Assembly: GCA_043228905.1 (NCBI GenBank)
Contig: JBHGNT010000009.1
Location: forward strand, 2,852,001 to 2,916,000
DNA: 64,000 nucleotides
Origin: Azolla caroliniana
Lineage: Eukaryota > Plantae > Polypodiophyta
Reading direction: 5' to 3'
Notes under the pieces: generated by a model
The model's database searches: none
The model's input: the letters and a program-made list of their open reading frames with translations, nothing else
What the model was told of the DNA's origin: nothing
Made by a program: the position numbers and the translations under genes
Shown: positions 1 to 13,700 of the stretch, one piece after another
How positions within the stretch are numbered: the stretch's first letter is position 1
How the letters are laid out: every line of letters begins with the position of its first letter

Positions 1-2939
1 TTTGGTGGACATGAATAGCACCAAATATTAATTACGTTGATAATACAATATTGGAGGTTGTAAACCAAGTTGTCGTTGTTTGAGGTAAGATCTTTCATTC
101 ACATTGAAGATGATCATCACATTTGGCATGTCAAGCTAACTCTCTACGCATGCCAATCAAGACGACGACTCAAACACTCTAAAACCATTTCGTGGACTGA
201 ATATATTGGCGAAAGGGTGGTGAATGTTAACGATTGAGTTTAGAAAAGATTGTATGGTAAAAAAAAAGCAAGAATAAATAGAAACCATGTACATTGAAGC
301 CTCAATATTGTCTTGTCTTGATTTTGTTTCTACAACATTATGGTTAGTGCATTATTGTAAACAATGTGGGAGTTGTATGTAAAATGAAACTTGGTCCTTT
401 TAAATATTGTCAAGGGGGGGAAATCATGAAAACCCCCTTGTGGTTAGTATCAATTCTACCCATTAAAAATATGTAATTTTACCCCTACTAAAAAAGGTAA
501 TGTACAAAATGTGGAATAGTGACAATCCAATGTGATTAATCCAAATCTCTCTCTACATCACCCTCAAGTGACATGTTTCAACTTTCAACTCTAACTTTGT
601 CTTTATCTTTGTTCTGGTCTCTAAAATCAAGCATGTGAATTATGATTTAGAGATGAAGGACTGACTTGTGTGGGTTGAAGGTGGAACAAAATGAGCTTGT
701 GATTTTCTAGATGGAGACAAGAGAGTGTTGTAACTTGTGATTTTAGAGAGCAAGGGGAATGATTAGATAAAGAGGAGTGACACACGTGAGTTGAAGACAA
801 CATAGAGAGAGAGAGAGGGGGTGTGTATGTGTTTGATTAATTATGATCGGATTACATATAGTTAAACAACACTAACTACTCTACTTTTAAAAAATGTGTA
901 AATTCTAATCGCCCTAATGTTGGGCTCGTGTGACCTAGCCAAAAAACAACCACTTCTTCATATTTTCTAGTGTCAAACAACATGTTCAATCTCTAATGTC
1001 TTTCTGTAATGCACAAAATGCCACATTTACGATGTGTTTTCTTTCTAGAAAATCCGTTTGCTCACAATTCATTATGGGATATAGACACTAAATATATGTA
1101 TATTAATGAAATTCCTAGGCTCATTTTTTGGGCCGTTTAGTGTTAGAGTGGGAGCGATGCGCAATGTATCGAATGAGGTCTATCATATCGAACAAATTCT
1201 ATTTTCTTGAAATTTTGAGTCAAATAAAGACCCTTTATTATGACAATAAAAAAAGATCTAATTCTTAATAGTTTCAAACTCCCATGTAAATTTTTACATT
1301 GTACATTTTGGTCATTTGTACTATGTTGTCTTTCCTCCGTCCCATTAGAGTGCATTGAATGCGCATATAAAAACATACAACTTGGTCTTCCCGCTCCTTT
1401 TGGCGTTTTCTTCCTTCGAGTTTGTTTTCGAACTCCCTTTTATAATTTGTTCACTCTCTTGACGTCTTAATAGTTTTGTTTCTTGCTTCCTCAACATGTC
1501 TACCTATCCTTCTTCTACAATCAACTTCATTCCAATATCATATAGGATATTTGCTCTCATGATTTTATTGTTGTTCATTTGTACTCAAACTTCTACATAT
1601 ATGTTTGTTCAACTTGTTTTTATGGAAACTCACAATGGTTACCATTTGTCTTATGTAAGTCACATAGAACCAACGCTAAGGTACCGACACATGGTTCTCT
1701 TAGAAGTGATTGGTTATAAACTAGAATCAGCATGTAAATTTCATGAACAATTTTTTATTATTGTCAAATGGATAACCTCTCCAATGTGATTTATTGGCAT
1801 ACGAGATTCTTGTCATACAAAAGATATCATCAATGGTTAAGTGACTCCATGGCATAGCCATATATTGCATTGCATCATTCATGGTATGTATGTACGCATT
1901 AATTGGACTAATATAAGTTAACTTTCTATAATTCCCAATCCCTATTAGTAAACAGAAAGTGCACTTCAATGGGTTAAAAGTATAATACAAGTCATGGATA
2001 TATCCTAGAGTAAGAAAGAACGAAGAAAGACAATATATGGTGCACCTAGTATGGTAACAACTAATTGTAGATGGTTCGTTGGTGACATTATTAGTATTCG
2101 TATGTGATTCATCAATTGTCACATTACATCTTGATATTACTTCTTGTATTTCTAGTAAAACCTATGGAACTCTTCAAATCATTGTTTCGTATGTCATGCG
2201 TAGATTGCTTATGGTTCTCTTGTAATTTCACATTGCATTAATGTAAACATATGCTCATAATGTTTTCAAGGTCCATGACATGATTTTCTGTTTCTTTGGA
2301 ATCTCTCTACATTGTTACTAAGGATTCATGGTGATGATCATGATGTCATTGGCCTAACAAAGAAAAAACACATTCTCTCAACAAGGTCAAAGGCATTCTA
2401 ATGCAATGAGATTAAGATACGAACCTTACATGGTCAAAGATACTCAAAACCGTTTCCATTGGAAGCATTATAAGTCAAACCCTAGATGGACTTATTGTTT
2501 GTCAAAGATACAATGGACATTATAATAGGAAAAACGAATTTGAACATTGATCCACATCCACTCTTCTTATTATAGTTTAGAAATTCAATCACCTCAATAA
2601 AAATTAGTAGAAAAATCTAAATCAAATTACAAAGGAAAACTATTTGTCAAAATAATTAAGAACGTTTTTTGAGAGGCACAACAACATGAGGATAGAGGCA
2701 TACGACATTGTGGCCTTTGAGCCTTGTGCCCATTATATTTGAGATGGACAATATAACACGGGGGACTGCCTTGTAAAAAGTTTTGATGCTCCTCATGGAT
2801 GACATCTAAGGCGATACGTGTAGCACTACATGCTAATCTCTCTCTCTCTCTCTTTCTACAATGATTATTAGCTCAAACATAGAAGAAATATTTATTTTTT
2901 CCATTGTACAAACTAGAAGACACTAAGGTGTCATGTTAA

Positions 2940-2973
<34 letters not shown>

Positions 2974-5949
2974 CGTAATGGGTATATGCTCCAAAAAAAC
3001 CTTGTTGAAGTGTATTTATGAGTTATTCCTTGGGAAAAACAAGTTTTGTTTAGTGGTCCTAATTCATGTTTTACTTTAAATGTAGAGGAACGATTATGGG
3101 CATGCTTTAACATCAGATGTGCAAAAAATAGCCGCTTACAAAGTCTAGAATTATTTGACAATGATGTATCTTTCATCAAATGCAGTGGCAAGTGCCTTTT
3201 AATAACAATTAAATATGTTGTGTCGAATCATCTCCTAACATCTCATCAGGTGTATCTTCTTCATGATCTTGTGACATACAACAATAATTGTATATTTAAT
3301 TAGTTCAAGTGGATTAACGCATAAAAGCTCATAAATCTAGTATAAAACGTGACTCCCTATTTGGGTTTTGTAAATGAATGCCCTGAGTTCCAACTACTAT
3401 CACTCTAAGGTTTTGAGTCATATTTGGCAAAGCACAGTAACCCCTCATTTATATTCTAGCAAACGTAAACTCATACTTTTTAAAAATTGATATTTCTTAG
3501 CAATGTTTGCATTTGGGATTCCACAATAGCATTTTAAGTCATGCATATACAAGAACCCTAGCTAAATCTTGCACGAGCCCAACTCCTCTCAAATATTTCT
3601 TTCAATCCTTGCGAAAAGCTCAAATCTTGTATTTCAATCACTTGTAGTCGTTTATAATTTACCTATCAATATCTAGTCATTAATAAGCTTTATACTCACA
3701 TGTAAAAGGTAATAATTGAGGATTGGTGGTATATGTATGGTAATAAAGCATCTAAACCTTTTGCCAAAAACCATTAAGATAGTTATTGATTTTTGAACAA
3801 GAACACAATATGACATTGTAATGCAAATCATCTTAGTTCTGCTATTATTTCTAATGTTGTTACTCATAGGACATATCCCCTCAATTGTTTCCCTTCAACC
3901 ATTGAATCATAAAATGCCTTTTGTAGCAAAGCCCCATTAATGACAACTTTTATAGTAATCATTTTATTGCTTTTCTGCACATTAACCTTAATCATGATCT
4001 CATCGACTTTTCCTTTAATGTGCTACATAAAAGGTTTTCGAAATGGTATGCATAATTTTAACATTCCATAGTGACTATGAGATGGCCTTAAAGAGACTAT
4101 TAGTGCACATTTATGTCAAAGTAAGATTTCAAGATCTTATGAGCATAGTGCAAACATGATATAATCGACGTTGTTGAAAAAATCGGAGAAAACGAATAGG
4201 GAATCCAATGAACAAGTAACTAAAGAAATGGTATGTAATTTTGGACACAAGAGGAACACCATTCAACTAGCCTTCTAAACTTTATACAATAAAGCATAGG
4301 CTGACATTCATTATTACTTACAACTAAGTCCCATCTCCATGCTCCTTTCTTACATCCACTCACTAAAATCACCATGGTTCAAATCATAAATTTTGAGCTT
4401 GCCAATGTCTATATGTTGTCGAAACATGAGCAAATATGGTGGCAATGACGAAATGTTACTAAAGATTTATTGTAAAGAATCTCTATGTAGAACAAAAATA
4501 CGGCAAAAATTATAATCGTGAAACCTTGGTCGTAGTATTACAAAAAAATCAACATGCATTCTTTTCATTCACATGTAGTAATTATTTTTTTCTACATTTA
4601 TCAATACCAACAATTCTTGCCATACAACATTTATTCATTTCCAAGTGAAAGGAGTGATTTACATTAGAGTTCAAGATTTGTCTAATTTATGTTTGTGTTG
4701 GGTGTATGATGTTGTATGCTTGGGTTCAAGAGACTTTTGTAGACTTTGTTTTGTTTCGCCAATACCTTACCAACAATGTCTTCTTTGTGTCCTCTTCAAG
4801 TGGTAGCATGGTTCAAATTCTAAGCTTATTAGTCCACTTCATTGCATGACGTGTTCTAGTTATGGAGAAGAAGAAAGTCATTTGGGTTAGGTTTTAAAGC
4901 AAAAGCACTCGTGAGCTTGAAAGCTTTAGAGCGTAAAATCCTACATGCTTTATTGTTGTCAAAAGAGAGAACTTTTCTTGTGTTTGAATTTGATTTTGTG
5001 CTTACATCCAATAGTGAGCTCATGAGTTTGTGTATTGAAGATTTGTAAGCTTTGACATAATCGATAGGTTGTGAGTTCATAATTCAATTATGAGTTTAAT
5101 GCACAATGACGAGTTTAACGCTCAATCACGAGTTCAAGTGAATCATGAAGTTAACACTCGATAGTGAGTACGAGTTAATCATGAGTTTTGTCTAGCGGAT
5201 ATTTATTTGTTTTAGTTTTTGGGTTTGTTTATTTCTGTTTGATATTCACTTGTGTGCTTTAGACTATAGTAAGCTTAGGTGTTCATTTGTGATACCAACT
5301 TTTTTCATTTCTTTTTTCTCATGAGATTGGAGCTTCATGTAGCTAAAGATCCCAAAAAATTGTGTGTTTTTGGTCATTTGGCAATTTAACGTTTATTGCG
5401 AGTTCAATAGTTCATGTGTTTAGGGTATATTGTGGGACTTGAGCTTCCTTGTGACTGAAGCTCACCAACCTTTGTGTTTGACTATCTTATTATAAGTTCA
5501 CCAAGGATAAGCAAGTACGAGTTAAGATTCTACAAAGATTCATGAGTTCTACCCTGAATCGTGTGATTGAGGTTCCATCTTGTGTTCAAATCAAACACAC
5601 TCAAATCATGAGTTGATACTTCATCTTGGCTGCTAAATGAAGACTTTTAAATGCATAAGTGGGTGGAACCTCAAGTTTTTGGGTCTTTGATATGAGACCC
5701 ATTTTTTTCTCCAAGGAAAATTGGAAGTTCCTTTAATATCTAATAAGTATTTGATGCTCGCCTATTTAGATGGCTACCTAATCATCTTATTGGTTAGGCT
5801 AGTATGATAAGTAAGAAAGAAAAGAAAATGGTTTTGAAAATTAATCAACCAATGTAAATAGAAATTTGTGCAAAAAATAAAAGTTTAGAAGGGCCGAAAT
5901 TAAGGGTAAAGTATGAAAAATCAAAGATGGAGAGACCTAAACCGAGAAT

Positions 5950-6340
5950 TATAAACCCTCATTGGTCACATTGACCAAGACCAATTTCCATGGTAGCTTC
6001 AAACAACAATCTCATGGTGTCAAATAGACTCGTCCATTCTATGTACATTACACCAAGGTAATGCCTTACTTGCCCAAAGTTCTTACTATAACAAGTTCAT
6101 GATACAAGATTCAACCAACAGTCACCCTATGACAAGACAAGTAAGAGTGGTTGTGAATGATGCTTAAGCTACAATTGATTGCGTAAAGTACCTAGATAAA
6201 CCTCTCTTCCAAAACCATTCGGATCATTTTCGCAAAGTGCTTGTGAATCCTATTTTGTAGATCAATGTGCATGGTTCAACATTGACAAGGAGATAGAGGA
6301 TTCATAGCGTCTTACCAATCAAATCAGCCCTCAATCATTC
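5950..6340 (-). mobile_element. Highly decayed Copia RT remnant
   Basis: Minus strand gives NFGQVRHYLGV (cf. Copia DLGxxxxxLG) and an upstream W*DAM (cf. WxxAM). Heavily degraded. Confidence 0.35.
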
Positions 6341-7091
6341 ATAGTAGTAGTTTAGAAACTTTTCACGTAAAATGAGAAAACCATCCTGTCAGTTTGGTTT
6401 ATCTCGCGTTAGTGTAAATATTTTTAAATTTATAGTTGAGCCATTAATTTGATTTGCTCACTTTGTTGGGGAGCTAGTTAAAATATATATTACATAATTA
6501 CATGGAATTTGGACAAGGATAGATAATCTAGAAATGTAAATTCAAGATCAAACACTAAGAAAGTGTGATTCATGTAGAGATGCAAAAGTCATGAATTCCC
6601 AATGAGCATATCTAGTAACAAAACACAGCATTAGCCTCTTCGATGATTTCTTAGAGATATTTCCTCCCCCTTACCTTTCATGATGCATTCAAAGACAAAA
6701 TTATAAAAGATGCAAGATAGTAATTTATAATGATTAAGCAAGCTAGCCCATAGTGTTGGGACTCGAGTGCACAAACTTTGCCTACCAACTTCTAAGAGGG
6801 AAAAATATACCAAAAATGTAGATATTCTAATTCCCTAGAGCATTACTCATGATCATGCATGCATCGTCATTATCTCAAAGGTATCTTTTGCTAAACCCTA
6901 AATCCTTTAGTGGCTCTTAACATTCCTCAGATCACCAAATGCTATTTCTCCTTCCACCATATCAAAGAGAGGCACTAACTTCCTACATAAGTTGTAATTA
7001 ACTTTGCAAGCAATACGCTGGGCAGTTAATATATTATTTTGAACCTCAAAGGATTGCATACTTATCATGTGCATCATTCTACCATTTTGGA

Positions 7092-7188
7092 TCCAAACCT
7101 TTTGAAGTCCTGAGAGAATTACTCATGATCATGCATGCATAGCAAAAAAGGAGAATTACTCATGATCATGCATGCATAGCAAAAAAGG
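7092..7188. repeat. 38-bp tandem duplication, with a related copy at ~6838
   Basis: GAGAATTACTCATGATCATGCATGCATAGCAAAAAAG occurs in tandem after a partial lead-in; ATTACTCATGATCATGCATGCAT also occurs at 6842. Confidence 0.8.
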
Positions 7189-7723
7189 TATCTTTTGCTA
7201 TATACATATATAGGGAAAGCACACAATGGTGTGTCGACTTAGGTTTTATGCACATCTTTTATTATTCCCTTCGCCATTAAGAATAAACGAACATCTCCTC
7301 ATATTTTTGTAAGAAAAAACCTGGACATTTATCTAGATAAGATCTCTAATCCACAAACATAGGATGTTTATGTTCTTGGCCATGCACACCGCCGCACAAT
7401 CTCATGGAATTGTGATATCAAAAGATTTGCCTGCATATAATTTCACAGGAATAGCGAAGAAAAAAGCGGATGATACCTCAACAAATTTTTCCTTATATAA
7501 CAAAAGTTTTTATTATAACAGTTATCTTTCCAGGTAAAGGCATGGTACAGACTTTTTTTCCCCTACCCTGTTGAAATAACTTTACAACAGGACTTTGCAT
7601 GGAAAAGCTTAAAAACTTGAAGAATAGCCATATAATAACCTTTTTCACACTCGAGACAAAGAAAAAAGAAAATTATTAATGAATTCACTTCAGCTCATCT
7701 CATCCATTCCATACATTTGCTTT

Positions 7724-10700
7724 TTAGAGCTTTCCAACATCACTTAATGCGATATAACTTGCTGCAATAGCCTTCAAGAAGCTAACAACATCCTCTGAAG
7801 ATGGTAACGAATAGCGTGCATTTGAGCGCTTATGACCAACAGCACAAGAGAAGTAGTTCTCACCTTTTAGGTCGAGCACCGAAGAACCTTCTTGCTGAGG
7901 CTCATCTGGACGTCCTTTTTTCGTACCCCCTTTCTCGTGATTTCCATTCATTTGACTGCTCACATCTAATGCATTATTATAAGCTGATGCCTGTATGCTA
8001 CCCAAATTTCCACTACTAGATTTTGAATGGCCAACACTCGTACTCTTGCATGAGCCTGTAGAACCATTCAACTTAATGGAGTTCTTAGGGGTTATCACCT
8101 TAGGAAGAGACTGAAGTTCCATCAAACCTTTTGCATCAACGTTCCTGCCATTGGTCATGTAATCTCGTTCATGGTGGGGAAGCTCCGGCTCGAAAAATGT
8201 ATATATATCCTCATCCTGCATGTAAAAGGAGCACAATATCTCACAAATATAAAAATTACCCCTCTGTATATTGTCTAACATCAATTAAACCCTTCATATT
8301 TCGAAAATATCAACACTATCATTGTTCAAGCCAACAGGCCACAAAAGTTCATTCAAAACGGAGAAGATTAGATTTGCGTGTTTGTTTTATTGAATATGTT
8401 TACTACCTTGCTCAAAAAGTGACCTATACATAGCACATAATCTATTGGTGTCGTAATCCGTTTTCGGTGTACAATCTCTCCTAGAATGCGATCAATCGCA
8501 GCGCCCTGGAGGAAAATGAAAGTAAAAGAAGTTTGTATGAGTTCATATGAAGAGATGGCCAGCATGAGTTGGTGATTATTTACTGGAAATGGATTGTTCA
8601 TAATAAAAAATGCACATAATGAGAAAGATGAATCCATCATATGCAAATAAAACTTGTGTTCAAAGAGATTCTGTAAGAAAAAAATCAATCCTTCACCTTT
8701 GAGACACCAACAGGTCGAACTTCCATGGACCTTCCACCTGGTATCACATCCACAGCAGCATTGGAGATTGGACCATTCCGAAGGTGTTGTAGCATATCTC
8801 TTGCTTGTACTTCGCCAAATTCATAGTCTACATACAAGGGTTTGACGTTTTTTTAGCTCATACAAATTGGGGGAAATTGTTATGAGAAAACAGTTTTTCG
8901 CAATTAGCTGAAGCCAAACATGAACCTATCCATTTAATACATTTTCTTTTTCCAGGCATAAGAAAAATTAAAGACGTGGGTGATTCACATAGCCCTTTCA
9001 TTTCATCAAAACGTTCTGCCTACCTGCATATTTGTAGCTCCAAAGCAAAGAAGTCTCACGGATTTCTACATATGAGCGTGGCGTTCTTTCACGAAAATAT
9101 TCAAAAACAGGCTATCATAAAAGAGAATTAATATCATAATTTTAGATTAGAAGATTCCCATAAAAGAAAACGTTAAAGCAGGCTATACATAACCAGAAAG
9201 TATTGAGACCAACCCTAACACTATCCATCCAATCCATATTTAAATGTTCAGGCATCGTTGTTTTCCATTCACCACGGGTATGTCGAAGAAACATTCCATG
9301 TTCTGCAGCAAGCCACAAGTCAAATTTCCCAAATGCCTGTTAAGAAAAGGATCAAATCATTTAAAAATGATGTATTTTAATTTGAAAGCAATCATAATAA
9401 AGTGCCAAAAAGAGTTATGAACTTGGGATTTACAGAGAAAAAATATTCAGAAATTACGATAGCCTGAAGGAAAGAAAGAGTACAACCATAGGATATGTCA
9501 TGAAGAGCTATCTATAAGAATAGGTAGTTAAAGGAGAATGCTCCAGACCCATGAGGCCATATTGCCAGTCCATTAAAACTAGAAACATCCATTTCCAAAC
9601 CTAACTAGAAAACAAAGTCTGACCAGAAGATGGGATTTGCTTAATTTAAGAGGGGAGGGATTATGACATCACCTTCATAGAGAAAGGAGGCCACACATTT
9701 CTTTCTTTACGGAGGGATCATGGATTTGGTTAATTTAGGAAGGAAGGATTATGATATCACCTTCATTGAGAAAGGAGGCCACAATTTCATTCTCAATTCA
9801 CCTTCTTTCCAGTTACTATATTTTTTTTCTCGTGGCAACCTTTTTATCAGGTCAAGTATGCCATGATCTCAGGATATTCCTTGGGTGGTTAAGAGCTTCC
9901 AATTGCATCACTTAGAGAGACTCTGCAAAGATCTAGAGCTAGAATATTCGTCCCAACACTAGAAGTAGGTCATAGAAGAGGCACTCAACAGATTTATCAA
10001 TTAAACCATATATGGCTCTTGAGTTACATCATCCCAGATAAGCTGGGATGCATTATAGCATTCTGAATAAACAAGGAATCTATAATCAACTTATTTCAAT
10101 ACTGCTATTTAAAAACTATTTCCATATCCCCTACAAGAAAAGAGACATAATTGATAAAGCAATATCGTTAAAGATAAGGAATCTATAACCAATTTATTTC
10201 AGTACTGCCAATTTTATTTTTTTCATAAAATGTAGATAAGCGAACACGTCCATCTAACATGTATGATCCTAGCACACCTCATCAAGTACACTCCTTTCAC
10301 TGCCACTCAATATGACAATAGTTGTCTCTGGATCCTTGCATAAAACACTCAAAACATCCTTCAGGCGAGGATTCAGTCGTAGCTTCATGTCTCTGATCTG
10401 TTCAGGGCCTCTTCGCCCAGGTCCATCTACTTGGGTAGTCATTGTACCATTGAAGCCCTGAATTCATAAGTTCCAAATAATAAATAATAAGTGATGCAGT
10501 GACAGAAAAGCAGAAAGTGTAATGAACCATGAACATGCATCCAATTTAGGAAAGATTAACGCCTTTATATAAAAATAATACTTATTTTCAAATCGGCATC
10601 AATCAACTGCACAACTTGGATATAACAGGCATTAAAAGGTGTCATAAAAATCACACAAGGATGAGCAAACGGTTTCTCGATTGTTGATATTTCGCAGCTG

Positions 10701-13700
10701 CTTCCTGCAAAGGCAGATGAGGAGGGACATGCAATGTTCTCAACTCGGCTTCCACAACTGTATCATTCAGTTCACTGTATCAAGAATGTATAGGTTATAT
10801 ATTACTTTACATATATGATTTCAGCATAAAATAGGTTTTCCAAGGAATTGTTAACAGCATTAAGTTTTCACCTAACAAATGTGTCTGCCCAAACTTGAGC
10901 TGTATGTGTTGTTACATGTTCAAAGTTATGGCGATGGCATTCCTCTCTATCACTTTCAGGCATATCTAAAGCATACTTTATTGCCACAGCAACCTCACTT
11001 GTGTCTACAGGATTTACAAGTATAGCACCTGCACCTAGCGATTGAGCTGCCCCAGCCAGCTGAGAGATTAAAAATATGAGAAATTTAGAGTGGCCTTTAT
11101 CCCATGTTATGCACAGAATCTTAGAATCATCATAACCAAATCTGGTCATCTGTGATTGCTTTTTTACCTCACTCAAGATTAGCACACCCTTTTTCATATT
11201 TTGGCATGCCACAAATTCATAACTCACAAGATTCATTCCATCCCGCAATGATGTAACTAAAGCAACATCTGCAACGCCCAAAAAATCATGAATATGTATG
11301 CAAATGGATATAGCTGTTTAACTATAAAATTAATATTTATTTGCATGTTATGATGCAATCAGGCAGACAATTTTGAGAGGACAAAGACTAAAAAAGGAAC
11401 AAGCGATAAAGAGATAACAGTAAGGACCTGTGACAGCATAGAGGGCACACAATCTATAGAAATCCAGTGACCTGTCCTGCAACAATTCAGCATCAAAGCA
11501 TCGAAAAAGTGGTAAATAATAGAGAAAATATATGTTTTCTTTTCTCTGCTGGAAATCAATAGTGACACATACAACAGGGCACCTCTAAAGAAAAATCACA
11601 CACATTTTTGAAAAACAAGAAGAAGACGTGCCTAACAAACTTATGATATCTATTTATGCTTAGGGTTTCAGAAGTACTTCAGACAGCAGATATATGCACC
11701 AGTAGTACTTGAATTATATCCCCTACAGTGGCATCTTCAAATTCAATTTAATCGCAAATCATCTCCAGATAAAACAATTACCCATAGAACAAACAATGTC
11801 ATAAAATTCATAGGAAAATAACTCTTCAATAACCCTGAGTCTTCCTCTATTTGTCCCAATGCCCCTGAATATGCATAATTTTCCAACACGCCCTTGGTCA
11901 TATGCTGGTTAACAAAGAAAATAGACACTCACAAGATGATGTATCGGGACAGTTGTCAAAGTTCCAAAGCGCCCATTGATTCTCCCCACTATCTCATGGA
12001 CTTGACTTGTGAGTCGTTGATCTGCATGACATACAATTAATCTTAGCATAACATATCAAACCATAAATGCCTTTGCTAAAAAAGCCCAAAATATCGTTCT
12101 TTGTATTGACTACAAATGCATTTGTCCGAAACTTCATTATATATAGCACTTCTTCCCTACACCATTAACCAGCTCTTGTATCTAATGAGACGCTTATTTT
12201 AACATCTAGCATTGAATTTATTGACTTTTTTCAATTTTAATATATATTTTGAAGCTAATATTATTACTCCTAATACAATCGAGTTATACTCAATGCTGCA
12301 ATGTTCTTTTTTCTTGCAAAATTATAACGAAATATGTCAAAAAAATCATATTAGGGCAGACACATACAATCATGGACATCTGTCCGAGTTGGAACAGCAA
12401 TTTGAACCAATAGCACCTTATCTCTCCATTCTGCATTTTCGTCGAGAAATTTCTCAAATGCAAGAAGTTTCTTAGGGATTCCTTTGATAATATCGAGACG
12501 ATCCACACCAAGCATGACCTGTCAGATACCAGCAACATCAAAAGTAAAGACCTCTGATACACCCACATGGTCACAAGTCTCCTTTAAACAAGTCTGTGCA
12601 ATACAATACCTTCCGACCAGAGAATTCATGTTTTAACTCTTCAATGTATCCTTTCACATCAGGCCTTTCAAGAGCATTGGTAAATCTTTCAGGATCTATC
12701 CCAATCGGAAACTGAATCACACAGCACAAATTAGACTAGTCGATAACACACAAAAAACATACGAAAACGAAGAAGGTTTCTCTTGTATGAGAAAACTCTA
12801 TGGAATCCTACATTCCTAATCTATCAAAACAGAGCATCCTTATCTACAGACAGAACTTACTTTGTGTCATAATACAGCAGCAACAGTGGATAAACAAAAG
12901 CATATCATGTACTAGTAATCACAATCATCATCTTTCCATCCACGACTAGATAAACATGGCCCATGGCAGACCCCAATACATATAAAGCTACATGAGACCC
13001 CATGATACTGAGTTCCATATTTTCACATGTCAAATCTTTATCAAAATGTAGTTGTGGATTAGAGTTAAAAATAAATTTTTTTATTGTAGCTACATCTATA
13101 GCTTTTGCTTTTATTTATACTTTTGGCAAAAAACTTGCTATCTACCAATTGTTTTCACACCCATTCACACAATTACTTTTACATAATTATCTTGTAACAC
13201 ATTATTGCTTGTCCCCTGTAGCATATGCCAAATCTAAGGCCTAGTTTCACCATCATGCTAATTTGTTATAAACACTAGGTTGATATTCCTTGCGAATGTG
13301 TCTCAAGAAACCCTACAATATTAATATAACATTAAGCAAACATCAATCTCTAATAGGCCATCATTTGCACAACATGACTGTGTGATACAAATTCAAAGTT
13401 ATTTTCCTTATACATGACACATCAACCACTGAAAGTATTGCCTAGTTCAAATGAAACACTGAAACTGGCCTTCACAATGTCCAAGGATTCTCTTTCAAAG
13501 GAAATAATACTAGAACGGAATACAAGTACACCTCCTCCAATCATCACTTGGTTGAATTGTCTGGCTCTATCTCTTGTTTCTCCATATTTTCAACAAGTCC
13601 AAGAACAAATTTCCTGTATATTCTCGTCTACATGAATGTACTATGCAAGTATCTCTAGAAGTGCACGGTAGGCTATATCTGCTTTTCTATGAATCTACAC